Below the pieces are notes generated by a model that searched no databases, had not been told where the DNA came from, and was given only the letters and a program-made list of their open reading frames with translations. 64,000 nt of DNA, from positions 5,992 through 69,991 of the forward strand of contig PERF01000001.1 in assembly GCA_002928495.1 (NCBI GenBank). Direction: 5' to 3'. Below, piece after piece: positions 29,220 to 39,515 of this stretch. Position 1 is the first letter of the stretch, and every line of letters begins with the position of its first letter. This DNA comes from Methylobacter sp. (GTDB taxonomy: Bacteria; Pseudomonadota; Gammaproteobacteria; Methylococcales; Methylomonadaceae). A program made the translations under genes and the position numbers.

Positions 29220-31648
29220 ATGGAAACAAACGAAAATCTTGAAATAAAAACTGATGCACTCATCCCGGTATTACCATTAAGGGATGTTGTCGTATATCCG
29301 CATATGGTGATTCCTTTATTCGTCGGACGAGAGCGTTCTATTGATGCTCTGGATGCCGCAATGAAAGAAAACAAGGAAATATTGCTGGTAGCTCAAAAAG
29401 AAGCGGAAATTGACGAGCCCGACTTTACCGATCTATATAATGTAGGCACATTATCCAATATTTTACAGTTGTTAAAGTTACCCGATGGCACTGTTAAAGT
29501 GCTGGTTGAAGGTACGCAACGAAGTAAAGTGCTCGAATACAAGGAAACCGGTAGCTTTTTTTCAGCCGCCGTTGAAGATATTGAAGACAGCATGAGTTTA
29601 TCCGAGCAAGAGCAGGAAGTCCTTCAGCGAACTGCTATCAGCTCGTTCGATCATTATGTCAAACTGAACAATAAAATTCCCCCTGAAGTGCTTAATTCAT
29701 TGGCCGGTATAGATGATCCCAGCCGTTTAGCCGACACCATCGCGGCGCATATGTCGTTAAAAGTCCAGGACAAGCAACATATTTTGGAAACGGCGGATAT
29801 TGCAACCCGTCTGGAAAATTTAATGACCTTGATGGAAGGCGAGGTCGATTTACTGGAAATGGAAAAACGGATTCGCGGCCGCGTCAAGCAGCAAATGGAG
29901 AAGAATCAAAGGGAATATTATCTAAACGAGCAAATGAAAGCCATCCAAAAGGAATTGGGGGAAATGGATGATGTTCCAAATGAAATTGAAGAACTGGAGC
30001 GGAAGATTGAAGCTGCAGGTATGCCAAAGGAAGCTAAAACCAAAGCGACAACAGAATTGAATAAGCTAAAACTGATGTCGCCTATGTCTGCTGAAGCAAC
30101 TGTTGTGCGCAACTACATAGATTGGATGGTCAATGTCCCTTGGAAAAAGAAAACCAAGGTCCGGCACGATCTCAAATTGGCCGAAGAAGTGCTTGAAGCG
30201 GAGCACTATGGCTTAGATAAAGTTAAAGAACGGATTTTAGAATATTTGGCGGTTCAGCAGCGTGTTAAGCAGCTAAAAGGCCCGATTCTTTGCTTAGTCG
30301 GACCACCGGGTGTGGGTAAAACATCCTTAGGTGAGTCCATCGCTAGAGCGACTAATCGCAAATACGTGCGCATGGCTTTGGGCGGCGTTCGCGATGAAGC
30401 GGAAATCCGTGGACACAGACGGACTTATATCGGCTCAATGCCCGGTAAAATTCTACAGAATCTGGCCAAAATTAAGACGCGAAACCCCATGTTTTTACTT
30501 GATGAAATCGACAAAATGGCTGCCGATTTCAGAGGGGATCCGGCTTCTGCGTTACTAGAAGTTCTTGATCCGGAGCAAAATCATACTTTTTCCGATCATT
30601 ATCTTGAAGTTGATTTTGATCTGTCTGATGTGATGTTTGTTGCCACTGCCAATACTTTAAATATCCCGCCGGCGTTGCTGGACAGAATGGAAGTCATCAG
30701 ACTTTCAGGCTACACGGAAGATGAAAAAGTCAATATTGCGACGCGATATTTGATTCCAAAGCAAATAAAGAACAATGGCTTATTGGAAAAAGAATTGCAG
30801 ATTTTCGATACTGCCGTTCGTGACATTATCCGTTATTACACCCGCGAAGCGGGCGTTAGAAGCCTGGAACGGGAGATTTCAAAAATTTGCCGTAAGGTGG
30901 TTAAAGATTTATTGCTTAAGCCCAAAAAATCCAAAATGCAAATATCGCATGAGAATTTGGAAAAATATCTTGGCGTCAGACGCTTTGACTTCGGTATAGC
31001 CGATGAACATGACCGCATCGGCCAAGTCACCGGTTTAGCATGGACGGAAGTCGGCGGAGAGTTATTAACCATTGAAACAGCAGTCATTCCGGGTAAAGGC
31101 AAACATTCATCAACCGGAAAGCTTGGCGATGTGATGAAAGAGTCGATTGAGGCAGCATGACCGTTGTAAGAAGCCGCGCCGCTATGTTGGGTATTAATAA
31201 TGAAGTTTTTCAGACCCACGATATTCACATTCATGTTCCGGAAGGCGCAACGCCTAAAGATGGTCCTAGCGCGGGTATCGGTATGTGCACGGCAATAATT
31301 TCCGCATTGACTAAAATACCGGTAAGGGCTGCTGTGGCCATGACCGGTGAAATCACCTTAAGAGGTGAAGTTCTACCGATAGGCGGCTTAAAAGAAAAAT
31401 TATTGGCAGCGCACCGTGGTGGCATCACTACGGTATTGATACCGCTTGATAATGAAAAGGATTTGGCGGAAATTCCTGAGAACATAAAACAGAATTTAAC
31501 CATTAAACCTGTGCAATGGATTGACGAAGTATGGGAAGTGGCACTGCAATATTTACCTGTGCCATTAGACAAAATTTCTGCTGAAGAGCAAAGTAATAAA
31601 GAAGCGGAACCAGCCAAACCCAAAGGTGTTGGATTGACAGCGCATTAA
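29220..31648 (+). pseudogene. lon: ATP-dependent protease Lon, interrupted by a 1-nt frameshift at about 31157
   Basis: Two ORFs (29220..31160, 646 aa; 31157..31648, 163 aa) are collinear with a single Lon. ...KESIEAA-stop is followed in another frame by MTVVRSRAA...[16 protein letters not shown]. Walker [10 protein letters not shown] is in the first ORF and the catalytic Ser in the second. Confidence 0.85.
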
Positions 31649-31675
31649 ATCGAACGTTTGGTACTTGGTAATGAG

Positions 31676-31699
31676 CAAAGCGGCAAGGATGCCGCTTTG
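31676..31699 (+). terminator. hairpin downstream of lon (weak terminator candidate)
   Basis: CAAAGCGGC-aaggat-GCCGCTTTG stem, with no clear trailing T tract. Confidence 0.35.
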
Positions 31700-31817
31700 T
31701 GGAGTAAGGGAAATATTTTTGCCGTTTGTTCCGGAAGTTAAAAAAATCGGTCAGGTAGTTTCCCTTTGATTGATGTTCTAGCCCGCAAAAATCATGGCTT
31801 GCAGCGATTTTAAATGC

Positions 31818-31847
31818 TTGACACTGAGTGAGCCATATTGATATAAA
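31818..31847 (+). promoter_or_regulatory. near-consensus sigma70 promoter for hupB
   Basis: TTGACA, an 18-nt spacer, then TATAAA, about 57 nt upstream of the hupB ATG. Confidence 0.6.
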
Positions 31848-31904
31848 TACCTATCGTTCTGGCGGTACACTATTTTAATAAAAACACTTCCTTAAGGGGG
31901 AATA

Positions 31905-32177
31905 ATGAATAAATCGGAACTTATCGATGCAATTGCAGATTCAGCTCAGTTAACTAAAGCCGACGCCGGCCGCGCTTTAGACGGTTTTATCAATGCGGTC
32001 ACGGTAGCCTTGAGCAAAGGTGATTCTGTAGCATTGGTAGGCTTTGGCACCTACTCAGTCAAAGAACGTGCCGAGCGTAAAGGCCGTAACCCTCAATCCG
32101 GCGAAGAGATCACCATTAAAGCGGCGAAGATTCCTTCGTTTAAAGCTGGCAAATCATTAAGAGATGCTGTAAACTAG
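31905..32177 (+). CDS. hupB: DNA-binding protein HU-beta
   Basis: [29 protein letters not shown]...[26 protein letters not shown]. It is 90 aa and sits in the conserved position after lon. Confidence 0.96.
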   Translation: MNKSELIDAIADSAQLTKADAGRALDGFINAVTVALSKGDSVALVGFGTYSVKERAERKGRNPQSGEEITIKAAKIPSFKAGKSLRDAVN

Positions 32178-32189
32178 TTCTTTTTAGTC

Positions 32190-32265
32190 GGGTGCTTAGC
32201 TCAGCTGGGAGAGCATCGCCCTTACAAGGCGAGGGTCGGGGGTTCGAACCCCTCAGCACCCACCA
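32190..32265 (+). tRNA. tRNA-Val (anticodon TAC)
   Basis: Acceptor GGGTGCT/AGCACCC, anticodon loop CTTACAA, T-loop GTTCGAACC and an encoded CCA. Confidence 0.92.
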
Positions 32266-32271
32266 GACTTT

Positions 32272-32348
32272 GGAGTGGTAGTTCAGTTGGTCAGAATACC
32301 GGCCTGTCACGCCGGTGGTCGCGGGTTCGAGCCCCGTCCACTTCGCCA
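32272..32348 (+). tRNA. tRNA-Asp (anticodon GTC)
   Basis: Acceptor GGAGTGG/CCACTTC, anticodon loop CTGTCAC, T-loop GTTCGAGCC and an encoded CCA. Confidence 0.92.
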
Positions 32349-32352
32349 AATT

Positions 32353-32386
32353 AAAACCCCGGACAAGTGCTCTGGGGTTTTTTTTT
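32353..32386 (+). terminator. rho-independent terminator after tRNA-Asp
   Basis: AAAACCCCGGA-caagtgc-TCTGGGGTTTTTTTTT. Confidence 0.8.
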
Positions 32387-32419
32387 GCTTTGAATCAGGT
32401 AATTTTATAGGACTAAGTT

Positions 32420-34285
32420 ATGCTGACGAAAATACGAGAGAAAGCGCAGGGCGCGTTTGCCTGGGGAATAATTCTACTGATTGCAGTGCCGTTTGCTTTA
32501 TGGGGAATCCAAAACTATACCGGCACAAGTCAGGAAACACCTGTTGCAAGCGTAGGTAGCAAGGATTTTTTTCAGCAAGATCTGAATAAGGCCTATGAGC
32601 AATACAGCCAAAACTTTCAGGGATTGAATATCGATGAGCAGGTTTTAAAGACTGAAGCGCTCAAAAAACTGATAAAGGATGAAGCTTTGCTGCAATATGT
32701 GCAAAGTAAAGCATTGGCTGCCAGCGACGAAAATACCAGGGATTTTATTAAAACCTTGCCTTATTTTCAGATAGACGGCAAGTTCAGTGAAACCCAATAT
32801 AAATCCATGCTTGCGGCGCAGCGTATGAGTTCTCCGGAATTTGTAAACCGTGTGCGTAGTGCACTGATCATGGAACAATTTCAGCACACTGTTACCGATA
32901 GCAGTTTTGCAACCAACTACGATGTTGAAAGTTTTTTCCGCATTCAAAATCAGCAACGCGGTATCAAATACCTGACAGTTGCATTACCTAAACTGAATGA
33001 GCAGCCAACCGAAGCTGAACAGCAAGCTTTCTACCAGGAACACCAAGAGCTTTTCAAACTGCCTGATCAAGTCTCCGTTGATTATTTAGAGCTGGCTTTG
33101 GATGATATTGCCAAAACGGTAGAAGTTAATGATGAAAAATTAAAAGCCTATTACCAAGAACAGAAAGCGCTGTATGCAACTCCTGAGCGGCGTAAGGTTA
33201 GTCACATTTTGATTAGCATTACCGATAAACAAGATGCGGCGGCGGCCCTGGCTAAAGCGCAGGAAGCAAAAAAGCAATTGCAAAATAAAGATTTTGCCGC
33301 CCTTGCCGCTGAACTCTCCGATGACCAAGCCAGCGCTAAATCGGGTGGGGACTTAGGTTTTATCAATCCGGGCGATCTGGAAAAATCGTTTGAGGATGTG
33401 GCTTTAACATTAAAATTGGGTGAAATATCCGAACCGGTGCGATCCAGTTTCGGTTATCACCTAATTAAGCTGACCCAATTAATACCCGGGGAAATCAAGC
33501 CTTTTGAAGTGGTTAAAGATGAATTAACCAAAACCTATCAAAAAACCCAGGCGGAAAACCAGTTTTATCAATCCGGTGAAACGCTTGCTCAAATGAGCTA
33601 CGAGAATCCGGACAGTTTGCAAACCGCTTCCGATGCTTTAGGGCTGTCAATCAAGCAAACTGCATTATTTACGCGCGAGAACGGGGACGGTATTGCCAGT
33701 AACCCAAAAGTCAGAGATGCAGCATTTTCCGACGATGTGCTGCAAGGAAACAACAGCTCGCCGGTGGAGTTGGCCGGAGATAAAGTCGTTGTGCTGCACT
33801 TGCATGAGCGTAAAGAGGCAACGGTAAAACCTTTTGCAGAGGTAAAACAAGAGGTAATTTCGGCAATTTTAAAACAAAAAGCTAAACAGCAAGCCGACGA
33901 TACTGTAAACAAAATTAAAGCGCGTTTGCTGGCGGGCGAGTCAATTGATGCCGTAGCGACTGAACAAAAATTGGATGTACAGACAATAGAAAATTTAGTC
34001 AGAACCAATCCGGCATTTCCTCTAAGCGTTCGCGAAGCCATATTTAAAGCGCCAAAGCCTCAAGGTGATAAACCAAGTATTTTTACAGCGGAATTTTCCC
34101 CCAACGAAAAAATAGTTATAAGCCTTTATTTGGTTAAAGAAGGCGAGATGAGCGAAGCAGAGAAAAAGCAAATGGGGGATATTCGTAAAAAGATGTCAGC
34201 CGCTTTTGGTCAAGCCGATTTGAATATGCTTATGGAAAGCTTGCTCGCGGAAGCAGACGTAAAAATTGCCTCTGCCGAGAAATAA
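32420..34285 (+). CDS. ppiD: periplasmic chaperone / peptidyl-prolyl isomerase PpiD
   Basis: N-terminal TM (WGIILLIAVPFALWGI) and a parvulin domain (GDLGFINPGDLEKSFEDV...SSFGYHLIKL). It is 621 aa, in the conserved position after hupB. Confidence 0.9.
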   Translation: MLTKIREKAQGAFAWGIILLIAVPFALWGIQNYTGTSQETPVASVGSKDFFQQDLNKAYEQYSQNFQGLNIDEQVLKTEALKKLIKDEALLQYVQSKALAASDENTRDFIKTLPYFQIDGKFSETQYKSMLAAQRMSSPEFVNRVRSALIMEQFQHTVTDSSFATNYDVESFFRIQNQQRGIKYLTVALPKLNEQPTEAEQQAFYQEHQELFKLPDQVSVDYLELALDDIAKTVEVNDEKLKAYYQEQKALYATPERRKVSHILISITDKQDAAAALAKAQEAKKQLQNKDFAALAAELSDDQASAKSGGDLGFINPGDLEKSFEDVALTLKLGEISEPVRSSFGYHLIKLTQLIPGEIKPFEVVKDELTKTYQKTQAENQFYQSGETLAQMSYENPDSLQTASDALGLSIKQTALFTRENGDGIASNPKVRDAAFSDDVLQGNNSSPVELAGDKVVVLHLHERKEATVKPFAEVKQEVISAILKQKAKQQADDTVNKIKARLLAGESIDAVATEQKLDVQTIENLVRTNPAFPLSVREAIFKAPKPQGDKPSIFTAEFSPNEKIVISLYLVKEGEMSEAEKKQMGDIRKKMSAAFGQADLNMLMESLLAEADVKIASAEK

Positions 34286-34295
34286 ATTGGTAAAA

Positions 34296-34323
34296 CAAAA
34301 AGGGAGCTTACGGCTCCCTTTTA
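34296..34323. terminator. bidirectional terminator between convergent ppiD and fabI
   Basis: AAAAAGGGAGC-ttacg-GCTCCCTTTT, with an A run on one side and a T run on the other. Confidence 0.8.
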
Positions 34324-34345
34324 GCCCATCGATAAACGCAGACTG

Positions 34346-35128
34346 TTAAAGCGCGGCTAGTCCGACAATATTATAGCCTGCATCCACATAGGTGATTTCG
34401 CCAGTAATACCCGAGGCAAGATCGGAGCATAGAAAAGCCGCGGCATTGCCCACTTCTTCAATAGTCACATTTTTTCTAAGGGGCGAAGCATCGGCGGCCT
34501 TGCTTAACATCGCTTTAAAATCGTTAATACCTGATGCCGCCAGCGTTCTTATTGGACCGGCCGAAATCGCGTTAACGCGAGTACCTTCAGGCCCTAAAGC
34601 TACCGCCATATAGCGGACATTGGCTTCAAGGCTGGCCTTGGCAACGCCCATGACATTGTAGTTTGGAATCGCGCGTTCAGCACCTAAGTAGCTTAATGTC
34701 AGCAAAGAACCATTACGTCCGGCCATCATCGCTCTGCCGGCTTTAGCCAGTGCGGTAAAACTATAGGAACTGATATCATGAGCGATTTTAAAATTGTCTC
34801 TTGTGGTAGCGTTGACGTAATTGCCGTCCAAAGCATCTCTAGGCGCAAAAGCCACGGAGTGGACAATGCAATCCAATCCGTCCCAGTGTCCGCCCAGAAA
34901 CTGAAACACATTATCTATGTGCTCATCGTAACTGACATCGCACTCGGTGATTAAGGTTGAACCGCATTCGGCGGCCATTTCTTCAACCCGGCTTTGTAAT
35001 TTTTCATTTTGGTAGGTAAATGCCAACTCAGCGCCTTCACGATGCATGGCTTTGGCGATACCGCACGCTATCGAGCGGTTGCTGGCCAATCCCACGATCA
35101 ATACCCGTTTACCTTGCATGAAACCCAT
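34346..35128 (-). CDS. fabI: enoyl-[acyl-carrier-protein] reductase (NADH) FabI
   Basis: [26 protein letters not shown] matches the FabI N-terminus. An AAGGAG RBS lies 6 nt upstream of ATG 35128. Confidence 0.95.
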   Translation of the reverse strand: MGFMQGKRVLIVGLASNRSIACGIAKAMHREGAELAFTYQNEKLQSRVEEMAAECGSTLITECDVSYDEHIDNVFQFLGGHWDGLDCIVHSVAFAPRDALDGNYVNATTRDNFKIAHDISSYSFTALAKAGRAMMAGRNGSLLTLSYLGAERAIPNYNVMGVAKASLEANVRYMAVALGPEGTRVNAISAGPIRTLAASGINDFKAMLSKAADASPLRKNVTIEEVGNAAAFLCSDLASGITGEITYVDAGYNIVGLAAL

Positions 35129-35230
35129 TCTCAACTCCTTGTGTTTTTATTGCTACAATAGCCGCAAGTATCTCCGAGCGTTTTATTGATGTCCAGTATT
35201 TTGTCTAAGGCTTTTTCGGTACGTAACCCA

Positions 35231-37345
35231 ATGAAAGCAGTTTTAGCGGGATTTTTATTAATCTTGTCTGCGTGTGATTCCGAGTTCAATAATCCTTACC
35301 AGGAAGACGATAAAAAACTTTCAATTCTTTATAGTTCTTTCACCGAACGCCCCAAACACCTTGATCCGGCTGTTGCCTACAGTTCCAACGAATATACTTT
35401 TTTAGCGCAAGTCTACGAGCCGTTATTTCAATACCATTATTTAAAGCGGCCTTACCAGCTGGTGCCGTTAGCGGCCAAAGCAATGCCCCAAATCCATTAC
35501 TTGGATGCGCAAGGCGGCGTTTTGCCGGAAACTACGCCTGAACCGCTAATCGCTTACACGGATTATATTTTAGAGCTGAAACCTAGTATCAATTACCAAC
35601 CACATCCTGCCTTAGCTAAGGACGCAAAAGGTAAATACGTTTATCACCAGTTAACCCAAAATCAAATCGACGGCATTAGTACATTAACCGATCTGCCGTT
35701 GACCGGGTCGCGCGAATTGGTTGCCGAAGACTATATTTACCAAATTAAACGGCTGGCCCACCCCAAAAACCAGTCGCCGATTGCGGAAATCATGAAAAAT
35801 TATATTTTGGGGTTTGAAGAATTTGCCAAAGCGGTAGCGGATAAGCCAAAGACCGCAATAAAATCAGTATCGCTGGAAGGAGTAAGCCAAATCACCCCCC
35901 ATCAATTTCGAATCCGCATCAAGGGGAAATACCCTCAGTTTATTTATTGGCTGGCGATGCCGTTTTTTTCGCCAATGCCGTGGGAGGCAGATACTTTCTA
36001 CGAACAACCGGGATTGGCGGAAAAAAACATCAAGCTCGATTGGTATCCTATAGGCACAGGCGCTTATGTGTTGGAAGAAAACAATCCAAACCGGCGTATG
36101 GTCTTGAGTAAAAACCCGCTGTTTCATGGCGAACTTTACCCAACAGAAGGCGAAGATAGTGACGAACACAACGGTTTGCTCAAGGATGCGGGCAAAGCGC
36201 TGCCGCTTATCGATAAGGTTATGTTCATTCTTGAAAAAGAGAGTATTCCTTATTGGAGTAAATTCTTGCAGGGGTATTACGATGCGTCCGGTATCAGTTC
36301 GGATAATTTCGATCAAGCGGTACAGTTTACCGGTAGCGGTAACATTGGTTTGACTGCAACCATGTTGCAAAAAAACATTCAGCTTGAGACCGCAGTAACC
36401 ACCTCGATATCATACTTGGGATTTAATATGCTGGATCCCACCGTTGGCGGTTACAGCGACGCTACCCGAAAGTTGCGGCAGGCTATAGCAATCGCAGTCG
36501 ATTATGAAGAGTATATTTCCATTTTTACCAACGGCCGTGGCGTTGCCGCGCAGGGATTGGTTCCGCCGGGTATTTATGGTTTTGCCGAAGGCGAACAAGG
36601 CATCAATCATTATGTTTATGACTGGGTAAACGGCAAACCCAAACGCAAATCCATACCAGAGGCGCAAAAACTTATGGCGGAAGCGGGGTATCCGGGCGGG
36701 ATAGAACCTAAAACCAAGGCGCCGCTGGTATTGCATTTCGATACCACCGCAACCGGCGTCGATGACCGCCAACGCTTGAACTGGTATCGGAAACAATTTG
36801 AAAAGATCGGTATTCAATTGGACATACGCGGCACCGACTATAACCGCTTTCAGGAGAAAATGCGCACGGGTAATGCTCAGTTGTTCAATTGGGGCTGGAA
36901 TGCCGATTACCCTGATTCCGAAAATTTTTTCTTTTTGCTGTACGGTGCAAATAGTAAAGTCCGTTCCGGCGGAGAAAATGCGGCAAATTATGACAATCCG
37001 GAGTTTAATCGTCTATTCGAGCAAATGCGCAATATGGATAACAACGGGCAACGCTTTCAGATTATTCAACAAATGCAGGAAATTATACGCCGCGATTCGC
37101 CTTGGTTATTCGGCTATCATCCCAAAAACTTCACCTTGCACCATGATTGGTACCGCAATTTAAAACCTAATTTAATGGCGAATAACGTCATCAAATATGC
37201 CAGAATTGAAACGGCGGACAGAGCAAAACAACGGCTGGCATGGAATAGGCCGGTATTTTGGCCGCTAGGGCTGATTGTTCTAATCTTGCTTTTATTGTGC
37301 ATACCGGCGATAAAAGCTTATCACCGGCGAACCCGGCAAGCATAA
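35231..37345 (+). CDS. ABC transporter substrate-binding lipoprotein (family 5, peptide/nickel type) with an extra C-terminal TM segment
   Basis: Lipoprotein signal MKAVLAGFLLILSAC, a long SBP_bac_5-like body, and a C-terminal PVFWPLGLIVLILLLLCIPAIKAYHRRTRQA. Alternative starts are 35186 and 35189. Confidence 0.8.
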   Translation: MKAVLAGFLLILSACDSEFNNPYQEDDKKLSILYSSFTERPKHLDPAVAYSSNEYTFLAQVYEPLFQYHYLKRPYQLVPLAAKAMPQIHYLDAQGGVLPETTPEPLIAYTDYILELKPSINYQPHPALAKDAKGKYVYHQLTQNQIDGISTLTDLPLTGSRELVAEDYIYQIKRLAHPKNQSPIAEIMKNYILGFEEFAKAVADKPKTAIKSVSLEGVSQITPHQFRIRIKGKYPQFIYWLAMPFFSPMPWEADTFYEQPGLAEKNIKLDWYPIGTGAYVLEENNPNRRMVLSKNPLFHGELYPTEGEDSDEHNGLLKDAGKALPLIDKVMFILEKESIPYWSKFLQGYYDASGISSDNFDQAVQFTGSGNIGLTATMLQKNIQLETAVTTSISYLGFNMLDPTVGGYSDATRKLRQAIAIAVDYEEYISIFTNGRGVAAQGLVPPGIYGFAEGEQGINHYVYDWVNGKPKRKSIPEAQKLMAEAGYPGGIEPKTKAPLVLHFDTTATGVDDRQRLNWYRKQFEKIGIQLDIRGTDYNRFQEKMRTGNAQLFNWGWNADYPDSENFFFLLYGANSKVRSGGENAANYDNPEFNRLFEQMRNMDNNGQRFQIIQQMQEIIRRDSPWLFGYHPKNFTLHHDWYRNLKPNLMANNVIKYARIETADRAKQRLAWNRPVFWPLGLIVLILLLLCIPAIKAYHRRTRQA

Positions 37346-37357
37346 CCCGTAGCCAAC

Positions 37358-38335
37358 ATGATTAATTACATTATCCGTCGTTTGCTCTACGCCATACCTA
37401 TTTTGCTAGGTGTTAATATTTTAACCTTTGTACTGTTTTTTGTGGTTAACAGCCCGGATGACATGGCCCGTATGCAACTAGGGCAAAAGCACGTTACCGA
37501 GCAGGCCATAACCAACTGGAAACACCAACAAGGTTACGATTTACCACTGCTATGGAACCCGGAAGCGACAGCAGAGGAAAAAATAACCCGGACTATTTTT
37601 TTTCAAAAATCGATAGGTTTGTTTGCACTGCAGTTTGGCGTCTCCGATACCGGCCGTAATATCGGTGAAGATATCCGTCAACGTATGTGGCCAAGTCTAG
37701 CACTGGCTTTGCCCACGCTAATTTTCGGACTGTTGATCAATATCAGTCTGGGGTTGGTTGTCGTCCTGTTTCGTCAGACTTATCTGGAATTCAGCGGAAT
37801 GGTAATGTGTGTCATGTTAATGTCGGTGTCGTCTTTGTTTTATATCATCGGCAGTCAGTTTGCGGTCGGTAAACTGTTAAAGCTGACACCGATTTCAGGT
37901 TTTGACGATGGTTTGGCAATGGTTAAGTTTTTGATTTTACCGGTATTGGTCGGGGTATTTTCGGGAGTCGGCTCCGGCGTCCGTTGGTATAGGACCTTGT
38001 TTTTGGAAGAAGTCGAAAAGGATTATGTGCGTACCGCGCGCGCTAAAGGCTTAAGTGAAATGCAAACTATGTTCAAACATGTGTTGCCCAATGCCATGCT
38101 GCCAATTTTAACTAGCGTAGTCGTGGCTTTACCCTTGTTGTTCATGGGCAGTTTGATTATGGAGTCTTTTTTCGGCATTCCGGGTTTAGGTAGCTACACC
38201 ATTGATGCAATTAACGGACAGGATTTTGCCGCTGTCAGGGCAATGGTGTTTTTGGGTTCGTTATTGTACGTGATTGGTTTGCTGCTCACAGACATCTCCT
38301 ATACCCTGGCAGACCCTAGAGTCCGGCTGTCTTAA
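37358..38335 (+). CDS. ABC transporter permease (DppB/OppB-like)
   Basis: Six TM helices and an EAA-type loop (EKDYVRTARAKGLSEMQTMFKHVLPNA). Confidence 0.88.
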   Translation: MINYIIRRLLYAIPILLGVNILTFVLFFVVNSPDDMARMQLGQKHVTEQAITNWKHQQGYDLPLLWNPEATAEEKITRTIFFQKSIGLFALQFGVSDTGRNIGEDIRQRMWPSLALALPTLIFGLLINISLGLVVVLFRQTYLEFSGMVMCVMLMSVSSLFYIIGSQFAVGKLLKLTPISGFDDGLAMVKFLILPVLVGVFSGVGSGVRWYRTLFLEEVEKDYVRTARAKGLSEMQTMFKHVLPNAMLPILTSVVVALPLLFMGSLIMESFFGIPGLGSYTIDAINGQDFAAVRAMVFLGSLLYVIGLLLTDISYTLADPRVRLS

Positions 38336-38343
38336 GTGCATTG

Positions 38344-38862
38344 ATGGAACTTGAGGTCACACAAGCTGCTATAAGCGATGCAGAAGCTTTGGTTGGCTTG
38401 ATAAATTCAGCTTACCGGGGTGACAGTAGCCGCCAGGGTTGGACCACCGAAGCCGATTTACTGGACGGCAGACGGATTGATTTAACGGGGATTTTAGCTT
38501 TACTGGCCGATGCCAATTGCGTTTTTATTATTGCCAGACAAAACGGCAAGTTGATGGGATCGGTGCAATTACAGCGCTCAAACCAATTCGTGCAGTTCAG
38601 TATGTTGGCGGTTGAACCCGGTTTACAAGGCAAGGGCACCGGCAAACGGCTGTTGTTTGAAGCCGAGCAAACGGCGCATAAAATCTGGGGAATCACGCAT
38701 TTTATTATGGATGTAATCAGTTTACGTAGCGAGCTGATTGCGTTTTATCAACGCTGCGGCTATCGAAAAACCGCAATGTATCACGACTTCCCGCCGGATT
38801 GCGCACTGTGGACGGCCAAAGTTTCCGGATTGCAGTTGGAAAGACTGGAAAAACGGCTTTAG
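38344..38862 (+). CDS. GNAT family N-acetyltransferase
   Basis: Acetyl-CoA binding motif LQGKGTGKRLL and a typical size of about 170 aa. Confidence 0.85.
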   Translation: MELEVTQAAISDAEALVGLINSAYRGDSSRQGWTTEADLLDGRRIDLTGILALLADANCVFIIARQNGKLMGSVQLQRSNQFVQFSMLAVEPGLQGKGTGKRLLFEAEQTAHKIWGITHFIMDVISLRSELIAFYQRCGYRKTAMYHDFPPDCALWTAKVSGLQLERLEKRL

Positions 38863-38867
38863 CAACT

Positions 38868-39515
38868 TTAATGGTTTCGTTTGGAACGCGACAGCGCATT
38901 AAGCAGATAAATGCAAACCCAGGCGGCAACCACCGGCAATAACCAGCGACCGCCGCCTTCACAAAACAGCATCCAGCTTAAAATGAATGGGTCGGGTCTG
39001 GCAATGCCAATAGCGCTGGCGGTTTCTTGAAAATTGATTTCGATAAGTCCCAGTAACAGCGCCGGGGTAATCGCGGCCGAAACCGGAATTATAAAAACGA
39101 ATCCCAGGACAAGCAGCAACGTCCGTTGTTGAAAGGTTTGCACCGGCCAAACCATTAGTAAGGTCAGTTCGATGATGATAGGCACCAGCGTATGGATTAA
39201 ATGCGATCCGACCTGAAATTCTTTACCTGCCGGAAAACCATATTGCTGACTGATGGCGAAAGGTTTTAGCAAACGCACATTCAACTGGATAATCTGCTCA
39301 TGGCCTTGCGTTACAATCTTCAGGCCGGAACCGAACTCAGGCGCCAGCATTCGGATGGTCGCTTCAAACAGAGGTAATAAAGCGTGGCCGATAGCGTTTT
39401 GAAAATACCAGCCCAGCCCCGAGAAAATCAGCCAGACCAGCAGTGCTTTAAGCGAAAGTTTAATCAGCAGCGGTCGAAGGACCATAAGCTTGTGCTTGGG
39501 TTGCCCACCAGCCAT
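38868..39515 (-). CDS. polytopic membrane protein downstream of the exosortase gene (possible exosortase-associated protein)
   Basis: Five or six hydrophobic helices. It overlaps the 3-prime end of the exosortase-like gene by 26 to 56 nt depending on the start. I recognise no catalytic motif. Confidence 0.55.
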   Translation of the reverse strand: MAGGQPKHKLMVLRPLLIKLSLKALLVWLIFSGLGWYFQNAIGHALLPLFEATIRMLAPEFGSGLKIVTQGHEQIIQLNVRLLKPFAISQQYGFPAGKEFQVGSHLIHTLVPIIIELTLLMVWPVQTFQQRTLLLVLGFVFIIPVSAAITPALLLGLIEINFQETASAIGIARPDPFILSWMLFCEGGGRWLLPVVAAWVCIYLLNALSRSKRNH

